Below are positions 52,078 to 62,261 of a stretch of DNA of 64,000 nucleotides, piece after piece; the stretch's first letter is position 1; every line of letters starts with the position of its first letter. The stretch comes from Gammaproteobacteria bacterium (GTDB lineage Bacteria > Pseudomonadota > Gammaproteobacteria > UBA4575). The notes beneath the pieces were generated by a model. It was not told where the DNA came from and made no database searches. It saw only the letters and a program-made list of their open reading frames with translations. The stretch lies in the NCBI GenBank assembly GCA_965203475.1, contig OZ241890.1, positions 2,203,502 through 2,267,501 on the forward strand. The letters are read 5' to 3'. The position numbers and the translations under genes are program-made.

Positions 52078-52917
52078 ATGAATATCGCTACATATTTTTC
52101 ACAAGATGAATTTAAACAGCGCACAGTGTTTATTACCGGCGGTAGCAGCGGTATTAACTTTGGAATTGCAAAATGTTTTGCAGCCGTTGGCGCAAAGGTT
52201 GCAATATGCGGGCGTAATGAAGACAAACTAGATTCGGCTAAAGCTGAATTGGAAAAATTTGAGTTTGTTGAAGGTGCTTCAAATATTCATGCCATGGTGG
52301 CAGATGTTCGAGATTTTGATGCACTACAGGATGCCTGTAATGAAATTCAAATTGTACTAGGAACAATTACAGATTTAGTTTGTGGAGCGGCAGGAAATTT
52401 TCTATGTGCTGCGAATGAAATGAGTGCAAATGCATTTCGAACTGTGGTCGACATCGATTTAATGGGAACCTTTAATGCAACTCGCGCAGCCTTTGAGCAG
52501 CTGAAAGAATCTAACGGCACTATTTTAATGATTTCAGCAGGGCAAGCCTATGTGCCTTACTCTCATCAAGCACATGTGGGTGCCGCAAAAGCAGGTATTG
52601 AAAACTTAATGAAAAATCTTGCCTTAGAGTGGGGACAGTATGGAATTCGCGTAAACAGTGTAGTACCAGGTCCCATCGAAAACACCGAAGGTGTAAAACG
52701 ATTGTTAAGCGAAGAACAAAAACGCGTGCTTACACAAAATATTCCGCTGAATCGATTAGGGGATGTCAATGATATTGGCAATGTTGCTGTGTTTTTGTCC
52801 TCGTCTTTAGCTTCTTATATTACGGGTACACAAATTGTATGTGATGGAGGTATGAATCTTGCGGGTTCTGCTTTGTTTAATATGAGCTTGCAAGCAAGCA
52901 ATAAAGATTCAACTTAA
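52078..52917 (+). CDS. SDR oxidoreductase (2,4-dienoyl-CoA reductase-like)
   Basis: TGGSSGIN, GAAGNF, HVGAAKAG and LALEWG motifs. Confidence 0.88.
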   Translation: MNIATYFSQDEFKQRTVFITGGSSGINFGIAKCFAAVGAKVAICGRNEDKLDSAKAELEKFEFVEGASNIHAMVADVRDFDALQDACNEIQIVLGTITDLVCGAAGNFLCAANEMSANAFRTVVDIDLMGTFNATRAAFEQLKESNGTILMISAGQAYVPYSHQAHVGAAKAGIENLMKNLALEWGQYGIRVNSVVPGPIENTEGVKRLLSEEQKRVLTQNIPLNRLGDVNDIGNVAVFLSSSLASYITGTQIVCDGGMNLAGSALFNMSLQASNKDST

Positions 52918-53957
52918 TTAAAAGACTCTGGATGATATTCTTTTTCAAAAATGGACCACACGGCCAAAAAGAAGGCAGCAATAATGGGGCCAATGACAAA
53001 TCCGGATAGGCCAAATAGGCCTAGCCCCCCCAGCGTGCTCAATAAAATTAAATAATCCGGCATTTTGGTATCGCGCCCAATCAAAATGGGTCTTAAAATA
53101 TTATCAATCATGCCAATAAATGCAGAGCCTACAACAAGGAGTATTACGGCTTTTCCCCAGTCTCCATTGGCAAGAAAAATCAGCGCTGCTGGACCCCATA
53201 CTAAGGCTGAGCCGACCGCGGGAAGAATTGATAATCCGATCATAACAACACCCCAAAACACAGCAGATTCGATGCCCAGTAAGGCAAATAAAATTCCACC
53301 TAACGTACCCTGTAAGATTCCAACTACAAGTGTACCTCTAACGGTGGCGCGAGAAACTTCACCAAATTTTGAAACTAAATGTCGTTCAGATTCATCACCA
53401 ATGGGTAAAATACGAATAATCAGCTCAATGATTGAGTGGCCATCTCGTAAAAAGAAAAATAATAAATACAGCATAAGGAAAAACATTATGGTAAACCTTA
53501 TTGTGTTTTGGCCTATATTAAGTAAATTGCCAGCAATCCATTGGCTCGCATTTATTGCAGTGTCCGAAAATCCAGCTTTAAGTTTTTCAACATTTGTTCC
53601 AAATGTTTCCAATACATTATTTATTGCTGGAACGGAATTTTGAAGATAGCTAATTGGTTTGGAAATATCATATTCGCCTGCACGTATGTCACTAAATAAT
53701 TGTGCACCTTCATTGACGACTGCAACTGATATTGCTGCGGTTGGAATAACAACGGTTAATAAAATGATAATTAGAGTTATAAATGCACTGATTGATTTTC
53801 GTTCGTTTAATTTTTTTAAAAAAAATCGATGAAGTGGAGTGAATAAAATCGCTAAAATAATTGCCCAAATGATGGGCTCAAAAAATGGCTTAATGATGTA
53901 AATAAAAGCCAGACTGGCGATGACTAATAAAGCAAATAGAAATATATGTTTAACCAC
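52914..53957 (-). CDS. AI-2E family transporter
   Basis: FFFLRDG, DNILRPIL and GFVIGPII motifs. Confidence 0.9.
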   Translation of the reverse strand: MVKHIFLFALLVIASLAFIYIIKPFFEPIIWAIILAILFTPLHRFFLKKLNERKSISAFITLIIILLTVVIPTAAISVAVVNEGAQLFSDIRAGEYDISKPISYLQNSVPAINNVLETFGTNVEKLKAGFSDTAINASQWIAGNLLNIGQNTIRFTIMFFLMLYLLFFFLRDGHSIIELIIRILPIGDESERHLVSKFGEVSRATVRGTLVVGILQGTLGGILFALLGIESAVFWGVVMIGLSILPAVGSALVWGPAALIFLANGDWGKAVILLVVGSAFIGMIDNILRPILIGRDTKMPDYLILLSTLGGLGLFGLSGFVIGPIIAAFFLAVWSIFEKEYHPESFN

Positions 53958-53969
53958 AAATGTATAACT

Positions 53970-56900
53970 TTATGCAGTTGCAGAAGCAGTATCAGTGTTG
54001 ATGCTATCGCCGAGTTGTAACAGGCTAGGTAGTAAAAGTAGTGTAAACACTGTGCTTATTAACATCCCGCCTACAATGACACCTGCAAGTCCTTTATAAA
54101 GTTCAGAACCTGCGCCTGGAATTAATAATAAAGGCAACATGCCAAAGATGCTGGTAAGTGTGCTCATGAGTATGGGTCGTAAGCGTATTCTCACTGATTC
54201 TCGAACTGCTTGAATTCGATCTAAGCCTTGACGTTCTCCATTTCGAGCTTGGTGGACTAATAAAATAGCATTGTTTACTACCAATCCCAATAAAATTATA
54301 AAGCCTAACATGGTTAATAAATCTGCCGGTAATTTCAAAACTTGTAACATGATTACACCACCGACAGTAGCTAACGGTAAAGCAAGAATCACTAATAAAC
54401 TATCTACGAATGAACGAAATAACGCGCTAATTAAAAGATATAAAATGATAATTGCGAGTATGAAACTGTTGGTAAAACTTTTAATTGCCGTTTTTAAATT
54501 ATCAGCTGAACCACTTAAGCGAATTTCACCATCTTCTGGAAGTAGTGTTTCCATAGCCGGCACAACTTCTTGTTTAATTTTATTAATGGCCACTTCTAAT
54601 GGCATGCCATCCGGTGGTCGAAGTTCTAAGGTTACTGTGCGTCTTCGATCCAATCGACGAATAAGATCGGGGCCTGCTGTACGCTTAATATCTACGAGTT
54701 CACTTACCGGCAATGTACCGCCATTGGGTGTATACATTGGGATGGCAGCCAATTCTTCTGGGGTGGTCCAGGTTTGAACACGAGTGATGATATCGAGTTT
54801 TTCCTCTCCATTAAAATATTCTCCAACGAATAAACCCTGTCCAAGTAATCGAGTAATGCTGGCCATGGTTCCTCGATCCCATCCAGCTTCGATTATTCGA
54901 TTTTCTTTAGGGATGAGTTGTAATTCAGGTTCAGCAAGCTGTAAACCTGGGCGAGGTCTTGGGCGTACTCCTTCAAATATTGTTGGAATTTTAAAAAAAC
55001 CAACTTGGGCTGCACGTAGCAAGCTATCAATATTACTGCCTTGGATATTAATGTCGATTTCAGTGCGTCCACCAACTCCACTGAACAAAGATGCTTTTTG
55101 CACAATCGCAAATGAATCTGGAAACCCTCGAATTGCACTACGTACGACTTCTAAAGTTGCGTCCACTTGTTTTTTGTTTGCAACAGCTGCACGTGCACCT
55201 AAAAAGATGGATCCAGAATTAGCGACAAAAAAGTAATGTTTAATTTTGGGTTCTTTGCTTCCATCAATATAAGGTTGCATGCGTTCAGCTATGACATTGC
55301 CCATTTCTTTTTCAATATGGTCAATGTTTACACCTGGGGGCGGAACTACAATTCCAAACACTAAGTTTCGATTTCCGGTGGGTAAATAACTTGTTTTAGG
55401 TAATGCAATTAATGTTAAAGCGAGTGAAACAATAATGAGTCCTACAATCCATGCATAACGTCTAGTAGGTGTTGAAGTTAAATTTACAATGAAGTTAGTA
55501 ATCTTTTCCCACCATGAAAAATGTACATCTTCTAATTGAAGCTCTTGGGTAAATTTATACATCGCGGTTGGAATGACAAGACTGGCCACAATTAAAGAAG
55601 TCGCAATGGCTGCGGAAATTGCAATAGCTAAATCAGAAAACAGTTGTCCACTTTGATCTTTTAAAAATAATATGGGCAAAAAGATTGCAATGGTAGTTAA
55701 AGTAGATGCAAACAAAGCAGGCCATACCTGAGTCGTACCTTTAATCGCTGCATCATAAGCTGATGCCCCGCGTTCGCGCATCCGCACAATGTTTTCTAAC
55801 ACAATGATGGCTGCATCCATCACCATACCTACTGCGAATGCCATGCCTGCAAGTGAAATTACATTCATGGTGCGCCCCGTTGCATTCATTACGATAAATG
55901 TCATCAGTAAACATAAAGGAATCGTTAAGGTAACGATTAAAGTGGCACGCAGTTTTCTTAAAAACCACCACAGGACCACAACCGCAAGTAATACACCTAA
56001 CCCAAGATTATTACGTAGTAGTTGAATGGCACTATCAATATAAACAGTTTCATCATAGACCTGTTCAATGTTTAAGTTAGCCCGCTTAAATGGTCCTTGT
56101 TCTATTTCCGCAACCGCTTCACGTAAGTCACGCATGGTTTCAAGAACATTCACACCCGTTTCTCGATAAGCATTAACTGCAATCGATTGAGAGCCTTTTG
56201 TAATTACAAAATTATTTCGATCCACCGTGCGCACTTCTACATCAGCAATGTCTCGTAAAGCGATCGCACGACCATCGCGCCATTCCAAAATGAGTTCACT
56301 CAGTTCTTGGGGGTTCAATGCCCCGGTATAACGCAAGGTATAGCGCCGTTTGCTGACATTAATTGAACCTCCCGATACATCTTCATTACCTCCTGCAAGA
56401 CGTGTAGCTTTTGGTAAATCAATATTCAGTCCGGCTGATTTATAGGGGTCGATAGTAATGCGTACTTCATATTCATTACCGCCTCTCACTTCGGATAAGG
56501 CGACACCGGTAACCCGCTCAAAACGTGTTTGCACAACTTCTTCTACAAAATCACGATATGTTTCAATCGGGCGTGGGTTATCTGCATTCGGTTTGATAAT
56601 GAACCAGGCGATTGGTCTGCCACGTCCACCGGCTGTACTGATGACAGGCTCATCAGCATCTTCAGGGTAACTGGGGACACGATTTAAGCGATTGATTACT
56701 TCGATCAATGCGCGGTTCAAGTCATAGTCGACTTCAAATGTAATCGTAATTTTTCCACTACCTCTGCTGGCTTCGGAAAGAAGTTCTTTCATACCAGGCA
56801 AACCGCGTAATTGTTTTTCTTGTGGCTCTATAATTTCCGATTCTATTTCTTCTGGGGCAGTGGCACGCCAGTTGGTATTGATCACAATTTCAGGTTGTTC

Positions 56901-57020
56901 GATTTCTGGAGTCAGTTGGATGGGTAGTAAAGAGAGCGCAACGACGCCAAACACTGTAACTAATAAACAACCCACTAATGTTGCTACTGGATTGCTTAAA
57001 GCAAGTTTTAATAAATTCAT
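53970..57020 (-). CDS. RND efflux transporter permease (AcrB/CzcA-like)
   Basis: 1016 aa; GMVMDAAIIVLENI, GLVVNNAILLV and RLRPILMSTLT motifs. Confidence 0.95.
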   Translation of the reverse strand: MNLLKLALSNPVATLVGCLLVTVFGVVALSLLPIQLTPEIEQPEIVINTNWRATAPEEIESEIIEPQEKQLRGLPGMKELLSEASRGSGKITITFEVDYDLNRALIEVINRLNRVPSYPEDADEPVISTAGGRGRPIAWFIIKPNADNPRPIETYRDFVEEVVQTRFERVTGVALSEVRGGNEYEVRITIDPYKSAGLNIDLPKATRLAGGNEDVSGGSINVSKRRYTLRYTGALNPQELSELILEWRDGRAIALRDIADVEVRTVDRNNFVITKGSQSIAVNAYRETGVNVLETMRDLREAVAEIEQGPFKRANLNIEQVYDETVYIDSAIQLLRNNLGLGVLLAVVVLWWFLRKLRATLIVTLTIPLCLLMTFIVMNATGRTMNVISLAGMAFAVGMVMDAAIIVLENIVRMRERGASAYDAAIKGTTQVWPALFASTLTTIAIFLPILFLKDQSGQLFSDLAIAISAAIATSLIVASLVIPTAMYKFTQELQLEDVHFSWWEKITNFIVNLTSTPTRRYAWIVGLIIVSLALTLIALPKTSYLPTGNRNLVFGIVVPPPGVNIDHIEKEMGNVIAERMQPYIDGSKEPKIKHYFFVANSGSIFLGARAAVANKKQVDATLEVVRSAIRGFPDSFAIVQKASLFSGVGGRTEIDINIQGSNIDSLLRAAQVGFFKIPTIFEGVRPRPRPGLQLAEPELQLIPKENRIIEAGWDRGTMASITRLLGQGLFVGEYFNGEEKLDIITRVQTWTTPEELAAIPMYTPNGGTLPVSELVDIKRTAGPDLIRRLDRRRTVTLELRPPDGMPLEVAINKIKQEVVPAMETLLPEDGEIRLSGSADNLKTAIKSFTNSFILAIIILYLLISALFRSFVDSLLVILALPLATVGGVIMLQVLKLPADLLTMLGFIILLGLVVNNAILLVHQARNGERQGLDRIQAVRESVRIRLRPILMSTLTSIFGMLPLLLIPGAGSELYKGLAGVIVGGMLISTVFTLLLLPSLLQLGDSINTDTASATA

Positions 57021-58093
57021 GAGCCTGCATGCAGCGGTTTAATGGTAACGCGCATTCCTGGTTGTAAATTCTCTCCGCCGCGAGTGACAACTCGATCACC
57101 GGCTTGAATATTTCCAATCACTTCAATTAATGTTTGGTCTGCAATTCCGGTGTCAACATTAACGCGTTCAGCTACAGATTCTTGGTTAATGCGAAACACA
57201 TAAATTGCTTCGCGTCTTAAAATTAACGCATCACGTGGTACCAGTACGGCTTCTCTTGAATGCGCGGTCGGAATTGCAATGCGCAATAAATTGCCTGCAC
57301 TAAGAATTTGTTCTGTTTGATTCGATGCTGGAACTTCAACACGTAATTCATATAAGCGCGACACATCACCTCCTACAGGAACCAATGCACGCACCTTGCC
57401 TGTATTACTTACTTGCCCATTGCTATATAACAATGGAGTACCAATGGCCACAAATTGTAAAGCGGTTGCAGGAATATGCGTTTGAATTTCTAAATTGCTG
57501 GCGCTTACCAGACGTACAATGGTAGATCCATCATCTGCCCACTCACCTTCTTGTAATAGCTGTGCAGCAACCACTCCATCAAATGGAGCAACTATACTTG
57601 CACGTCGTAATCTTTCTTCGGCTTGTGCCAAGCGTGCACGTGCAGAAGCCATGTTGCTTCGTGCAACGGCTTGATCTGAAATTGCCTGGTCCAGTTGATT
57701 GCGTGCAACATTATTATCTAATAGTAATTCTTCAAAACGTTTTACTTCTTTAGAGTGCAAATCATACTTTGCTTTTTCACTTTGAATAGTAGCTTTTTCT
57801 TCATAAACTTGTTGCTGAATAAATACATCATCAAGTTTTGCAACAACATCACCTTTGTTAATTCGATCTCCGACTTCTGTTACCCAAGTAAGCCGTCCTG
57901 ATATTTCTGCAGCTAAATCTGCATCATCTCTGCTAATTACGGTTGCGCTATACCACGCTGTGGGAGATAAAGTTTTGGTAGTGGCTTCTTCTATGACAAC
58001 ATTGGCAGGAGGTGGTCCTTTGTGTTCTTCGGCCAGTAAAGTAACCGTATAAAATATTGATACTAAAACTAGGGCTGAAGCTAAACTTTTCAT
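57017..58093 (-). CDS. RND efflux membrane fusion protein
   Basis: Lipoyl-like VGDRINKGDVVAKLD, alpha-helical hairpin, IVAPFDGVV and GDRVVTRG. Confidence 0.93.
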   Translation of the reverse strand: MKSLASALVLVSIFYTVTLLAEEHKGPPPANVVIEEATTKTLSPTAWYSATVISRDDADLAAEISGRLTWVTEVGDRINKGDVVAKLDDVFIQQQVYEEKATIQSEKAKYDLHSKEVKRFEELLLDNNVARNQLDQAISDQAVARSNMASARARLAQAEERLRRASIVAPFDGVVAAQLLQEGEWADDGSTIVRLVSASNLEIQTHIPATALQFVAIGTPLLYSNGQVSNTGKVRALVPVGGDVSRLYELRVEVPASNQTEQILSAGNLLRIAIPTAHSREAVLVPRDALILRREAIYVFRINQESVAERVNVDTGIADQTLIEVIGNIQAGDRVVTRGGENLQPGMRVTIKPLHAGS

Positions 58094-58191
58094 AACATGA
58101 ATTGTATAGGAAGAAGCATTTATATTTGAGAACAGATGTTTGAAAAGTAATATTTTTTTGTAACTACTTACTAAGATAGATGTTTTATTAA

Positions 58192-59151
58192 CTAGTTCAA
58201 TGCTCCTCCACAGCTACTACCTTGACCTGCCGTGCACCCATAGCAGTGTTCGGCTATTGTTATTGCATTATTGGTTAGGTCAGAATTCATTAGCTCACTA
58301 AGATGGGTACGGACTTGATTATTAAACGGAATTCCTAAGCCTAGCATCTGATTGAAATCACAATCGTATACATATCCCTGCCAATCAATACTGATTAATG
58401 ATCGGCACATTACGGAATTTAAGTTCTGATAGGAGTAAGAGTCGCGCAGCAATTGCATATAATCATCAAATTGACCTTTAGAAACGAGTGTACTTCCAAA
58501 GCGTTGGATTGGCATATTAGTGATGGTAAATAGATGATTAAAACAGACACCATATTCCGCAAGGAACTTTTTATAATCCGCTTCAAGTGTTTCCTGCGCA
58601 GGTGGTAAAATAGGTCCTTGAGGGTTATATACCAAGGTCAGAGTTAAATTAGAGGTACCGTTTCCATAACCCAGTTGATTTAATTTTTGTAATACTGAAA
58701 TACTTTTTTTAAATACCCCTTTACCTCGTTGTTTGTCTACATTCTCTTCTAGGTAACAAGGTAGTGAGGCCACAATTTCTACTTTGTGCTCAGCTAAAAA
58801 ATTTGCTGTGTCTTCTTGACCTAGTTCATCTAACACCGTGAGGTTGCATCGATCAATAACATGTCGTGATTGAGCACGAAATGTTTCAACAAGTGTTCTA
58901 AATTTTGGATGTAACTCAGGTGCACCACCGGTGATATCGATCGTTTGTATATTTTGTTTATCGACAAAATTAATAATTGTATCAATGTTCTCATCACTCA
59001 TCATTTCTGTGCGTGTAGGCCCTGCATTAACATGACAATGTACACAAGACTGATTGCATCGATAGCCTAAATTTATTTGTAGGGTTTCCAGTTTCCGACG
59101 TTTAATTTTTGGAAAGTCTGTTTGTTTAAGTAGGTGTAGTGTCTCGTGCAT
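58192..59151 (-). CDS. arsS: ArsS-family radical SAM protein (arsenosugar-associated, Cys/Sec-rich C-terminus)
   Basis: CNQSCVHCH (CxxxCxxC), DITGGAPEL, ASLPCY, YDCDFNQML and HCYGCTAGQGSSCGG motifs. Confidence 0.85.
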   Translation of the reverse strand: MHETLHLLKQTDFPKIKRRKLETLQINLGYRCNQSCVHCHVNAGPTRTEMMSDENIDTIINFVDKQNIQTIDITGGAPELHPKFRTLVETFRAQSRHVIDRCNLTVLDELGQEDTANFLAEHKVEIVASLPCYLEENVDKQRGKGVFKKSISVLQKLNQLGYGNGTSNLTLTLVYNPQGPILPPAQETLEADYKKFLAEYGVCFNHLFTITNMPIQRFGSTLVSKGQFDDYMQLLRDSYSYQNLNSVMCRSLISIDWQGYVYDCDFNQMLGLGIPFNNQVRTHLSELMNSDLTNNAITIAEHCYGCTAGQGSSCGGALN

Positions 59152-59159
59152 ATTTAACT

Positions 59160-61292
59160 CTAATTATTTCGACGAAAGTCGTGATACTTTTTAATCCATT
59201 GTAATAGTTTTTGCGGTGCATGGGCACGTTTCCATTCCCCTGCCGCATATTTATTAGCTTCTGCAAGTGTTGGGTAAATATGAATGGTGCCTAATATCTT
59301 ATTTAGACCAAAACCTTGTTTCATTGCAGTTACAAATTCAGTAATTAAATCTCCCGCATGGCTACCTGCAATAGTGGCGCCGAGTATAGTGTCTTTCCCG
59401 GGTATGGTTAAAACTTTTACTAAGCCATAGGCATCTTCATCCGCAATGGCGCGGTCAAGATCTGATATATCATAGGTTGTAACTTCATATTCAATACTAT
59501 TTTGCTTGGCTTCCTGTTCATTTAAACCTACGCGTGCTACCTCAGGTTCGATAAACGTACACCAGGGTATGACAGAATAATCGACGCTAAATTTCTTAAA
59601 TGCCCCAAATAATGAATTCACACTGCTATACCAGGCTTGATGTGAAGCGACATGTGTAAATTCATAGGGTCCTGCTACATCGCCACAGGCATATATGTTT
59701 GGATAGTTGGTCTGCAAAAACTCATTTAACATCAATTTTCCATTGTCTTGACAGTCAATATTTAAATGATCTGACCAAATGTTCTCAGTGCGTGCTTGTC
59801 TTCCTACGGCAATTAAAATCACATCGAATTCAATTTCTACATTTTGATTATTGTATTGGCAGATTAGTACTTGATTACCATTTCTTACTAAAAATTCTTT
59901 TGCCGTATGGTTAGTTAAAGTATTTACGCCGTCCTTTTGTAATGAATTTACCACCATTTCTGAAAACTCTGGATCTTCACGAAACATAATACGTGAAGCC
60001 ATTTCTACTTGAGTGACCTTCGAGCCTAGGCGTGCAAAGCATTGTGCGAGTTCACAACCGATGGGGCCGCCGCCTAGTACTATAAAGTTTTTCGGTAGCT
60101 CTTCTAACTCCCAAACCGAGTCAGAAGTGACATATTTAATTGATTCTATTCCTTTAATAGGAGGAACCAGTGGAGAAGCACCTGTAGCAAGAATGATGTT
60201 CCGAGTGGTTAACTTATTTTGATTAACTTCAACCGTCCAAGGATCCAATATTTTGGCTTCACCCTCTAAGCATTCTACCCCGAATTTTGTATAACGATCG
60301 ATAGAATCATGAGGCTCTATTTTTTTAATGACACTTTTTACACGCTGCATAATGTCTTTGAAATCAAATTCTATATTTGCTGATTTGATTCCATATTTAT
60401 TGGCATGCTTAGTTTCAGATATAAACTTTGCCGAACGAATCAATGCTTTGGATGGGATGCAGCCATAATGTAAACATTCACCACCCATTTTATTTTTTTC
60501 AATGAGTGTGACTTTAGCTTTTACAGCAGCTGCAATATAGGCAGATACTAAACCTGCAGCGCCGGCGCCAATAACAATTAAATTTCGATCAAATGTTTTT
60601 GGTCTCTTAAATCCTTTGTATACGCGTTTTGATTTAATAATCGAAACAATTTTTTTTGCAATCCATGGAAATATGGCAAGCAATACAAATGCAGATATTA
60701 TTTTTGCTGAAAATATTCCTTGTAATGATTCGACATTTGCTAATTGCGTTCCTACATTTACAAAAATTACAGAACCTGCAAACATTCCAAGTAAACTTGT
60801 TACTGCAAATACTAATGTACGCATAGGCGTTAAGCCCATAAGTACATTAATCACAAAAAATGGAAATATAGGAATTAGACGTAAAGTAAAAAGATAAAAG
60901 GCACCATCTTTTTCGATCCCACGGTTGATAGTGCTTATACGTTTTCCATACTTATTTTGAATAAAATCACGTAATAAATATCTTGAAATTAAAAATGAAA
61001 TAGTGGCGCCAACTGTTGCTGCCAATAATACAATAGGTACACCGAGCAACAGACCAAAGATTGCACCTGCCAAAACGGATAATACACCGGCGCCTGGTAA
61101 AGCTAATGCTGCTACTGCTACATAAATTAAGAAAAAAATTAAAATGGTTTGATATGGGTTGTCTTTATAGAAATTTGTTATTTGTTCTTGCTGAGATTTC
61201 ACATATGAAAAATCTAAATATTGCTGCAAATCAAATATAAAAAAAACAGCAATTAATACCGCGACAACTATAAGGGCAATGATCTTTTTCAT
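59160..61292 (-). CDS. TVP38/DedA-like membrane domain fused to a MerA/LpdA-like disulfide oxidoreductase
   Basis: N-terminal LRLIPIFPFF domain; GAGAAG, GGECLHYGCIPSK, GGGPIGCE and HIYPT motifs. Confidence 0.9.
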   Translation of the reverse strand: MKKIIALIVVAVLIAVFFIFDLQQYLDFSYVKSQQEQITNFYKDNPYQTILIFFLIYVAVAALALPGAGVLSVLAGAIFGLLLGVPIVLLAATVGATISFLISRYLLRDFIQNKYGKRISTINRGIEKDGAFYLFTLRLIPIFPFFVINVLMGLTPMRTLVFAVTSLLGMFAGSVIFVNVGTQLANVESLQGIFSAKIISAFVLLAIFPWIAKKIVSIIKSKRVYKGFKRPKTFDRNLIVIGAGAAGLVSAYIAAAVKAKVTLIEKNKMGGECLHYGCIPSKALIRSAKFISETKHANKYGIKSANIEFDFKDIMQRVKSVIKKIEPHDSIDRYTKFGVECLEGEAKILDPWTVEVNQNKLTTRNIILATGASPLVPPIKGIESIKYVTSDSVWELEELPKNFIVLGGGPIGCELAQCFARLGSKVTQVEMASRIMFREDPEFSEMVVNSLQKDGVNTLTNHTAKEFLVRNGNQVLICQYNNQNVEIEFDVILIAVGRQARTENIWSDHLNIDCQDNGKLMLNEFLQTNYPNIYACGDVAGPYEFTHVASHQAWYSSVNSLFGAFKKFSVDYSVIPWCTFIEPEVARVGLNEQEAKQNSIEYEVTTYDISDLDRAIADEDAYGLVKVLTIPGKDTILGATIAGSHAGDLITEFVTAMKQGFGLNKILGTIHIYPTLAEANKYAAGEWKRAHAPQKLLQWIKKYHDFRRNN

Positions 61293-61367
61293 TGTGAATT
61301 AAATTTTATGTAGATTCATGTAATGCAATTTGCCTACAATATCAGTATTTAATATAAAAGTTTTACA

Positions 61368-62261
61368 ATGCGCTTAGCTACTTGCTTATTTAATCATCAA
61401 TCACAAATTGCCATCGTGCAAGATGATAAGGCTTTTTTGCCCATGACTATTTCATCCTGGAATAAAAATATTAGTAGTATGCAGCAGTTGATCGATGCAG
61501 GAGACCAATTCTTACAGGAATTACAGAAATTAGTTGAACAATCAAAACAGGACGAATGGATAGGGTTAGAGCAAGTGGAATTACAGTCTCCAATTCCAAG
61601 ACCTCGCCAAAATATTATGTGTTTAGGTTGGAATTACATTGAACACGTACAAGAAACGACTGGTAAAACGCTGGAGGCTCCAAAATTACCGAAGTATCCA
61701 ATCATATTTACCAAGGCGGTTTCCAGCATGAATGGCCCCTATTCAGATATTCCAGTGAATTTGAATATCTCGGACAAAATGGATTGGGAAGTAGAACTAG
61801 GGGTAATTATTGGAAAAGGGGGGGCAGGCATATCCAAAGAAAATGCCCTGCAGCATGTTTTTGGTTATACAGTTATCAATGATGTTTCGGCACGTGATTA
61901 TCAAAAACGGCATAAACAATTTTTTGTGGGGAAAAGTTTTACTGGTGCATGTCCGATGGGGCCATGGATTGTGACACGTGATGAAATTCCAGATCCCCAA
62001 AATTTGAATTTATACAGTCGAGTGAATGGCGAAATCAAACAAGACTCCAATACAAAATTTCAAATATTTGATGTGGCTACCGTCATTGAAACTTTATCTC
62101 AGGGCATGGCGTTGGAAGCGGGGGATGTCATTGCTACCGGTACACCAAGTGGCGTGGGTTATGTGCGTAATCCTCCTGAGTATTTAATGCCCGGTGATGT
62201 TGTTGAGTGTGAAGTGGAAAAGATTGGATGTATACGAAATAAAATTACGGCAACATCGTAA
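61368..62261 (+). CDS. Fumarylacetoacetate hydrolase family protein
   Basis: GWNY.EH, DWEVELGVIIG, NDVSARD and GDVIATGTPSGVG motifs. Confidence 0.93.
   Translation: MRLATCLFNHQSQIAIVQDDKAFLPMTISSWNKNISSMQQLIDAGDQFLQELQKLVEQSKQDEWIGLEQVELQSPIPRPRQNIMCLGWNYIEHVQETTGKTLEAPKLPKYPIIFTKAVSSMNGPYSDIPVNLNISDKMDWEVELGVIIGKGGAGISKENALQHVFGYTVINDVSARDYQKRHKQFFVGKSFTGACPMGPWIVTRDEIPDPQNLNLYSRVNGEIKQDSNTKFQIFDVATVIETLSQGMALEAGDVIATGTPSGVGYVRNPPEYLMPGDVVECEVEKIGCIRNKITATS

Noticed and set aside
42695..59151. Selenocysteine (TGA) recoding in selD, senA, senB or arsS
   Set aside because: All four frames are open without internal TGA, and the positions that can be Sec (SelD CGGCGAK, ArsS GSSCGG) are Cys codons.
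59160..61292. Mercuric reductase (merA) or a mercury-resistance operon
   Set aside because: No C-terminal Cys-Cys pair, no N-terminal metal-binding domain and no merR, merT or merP genes.
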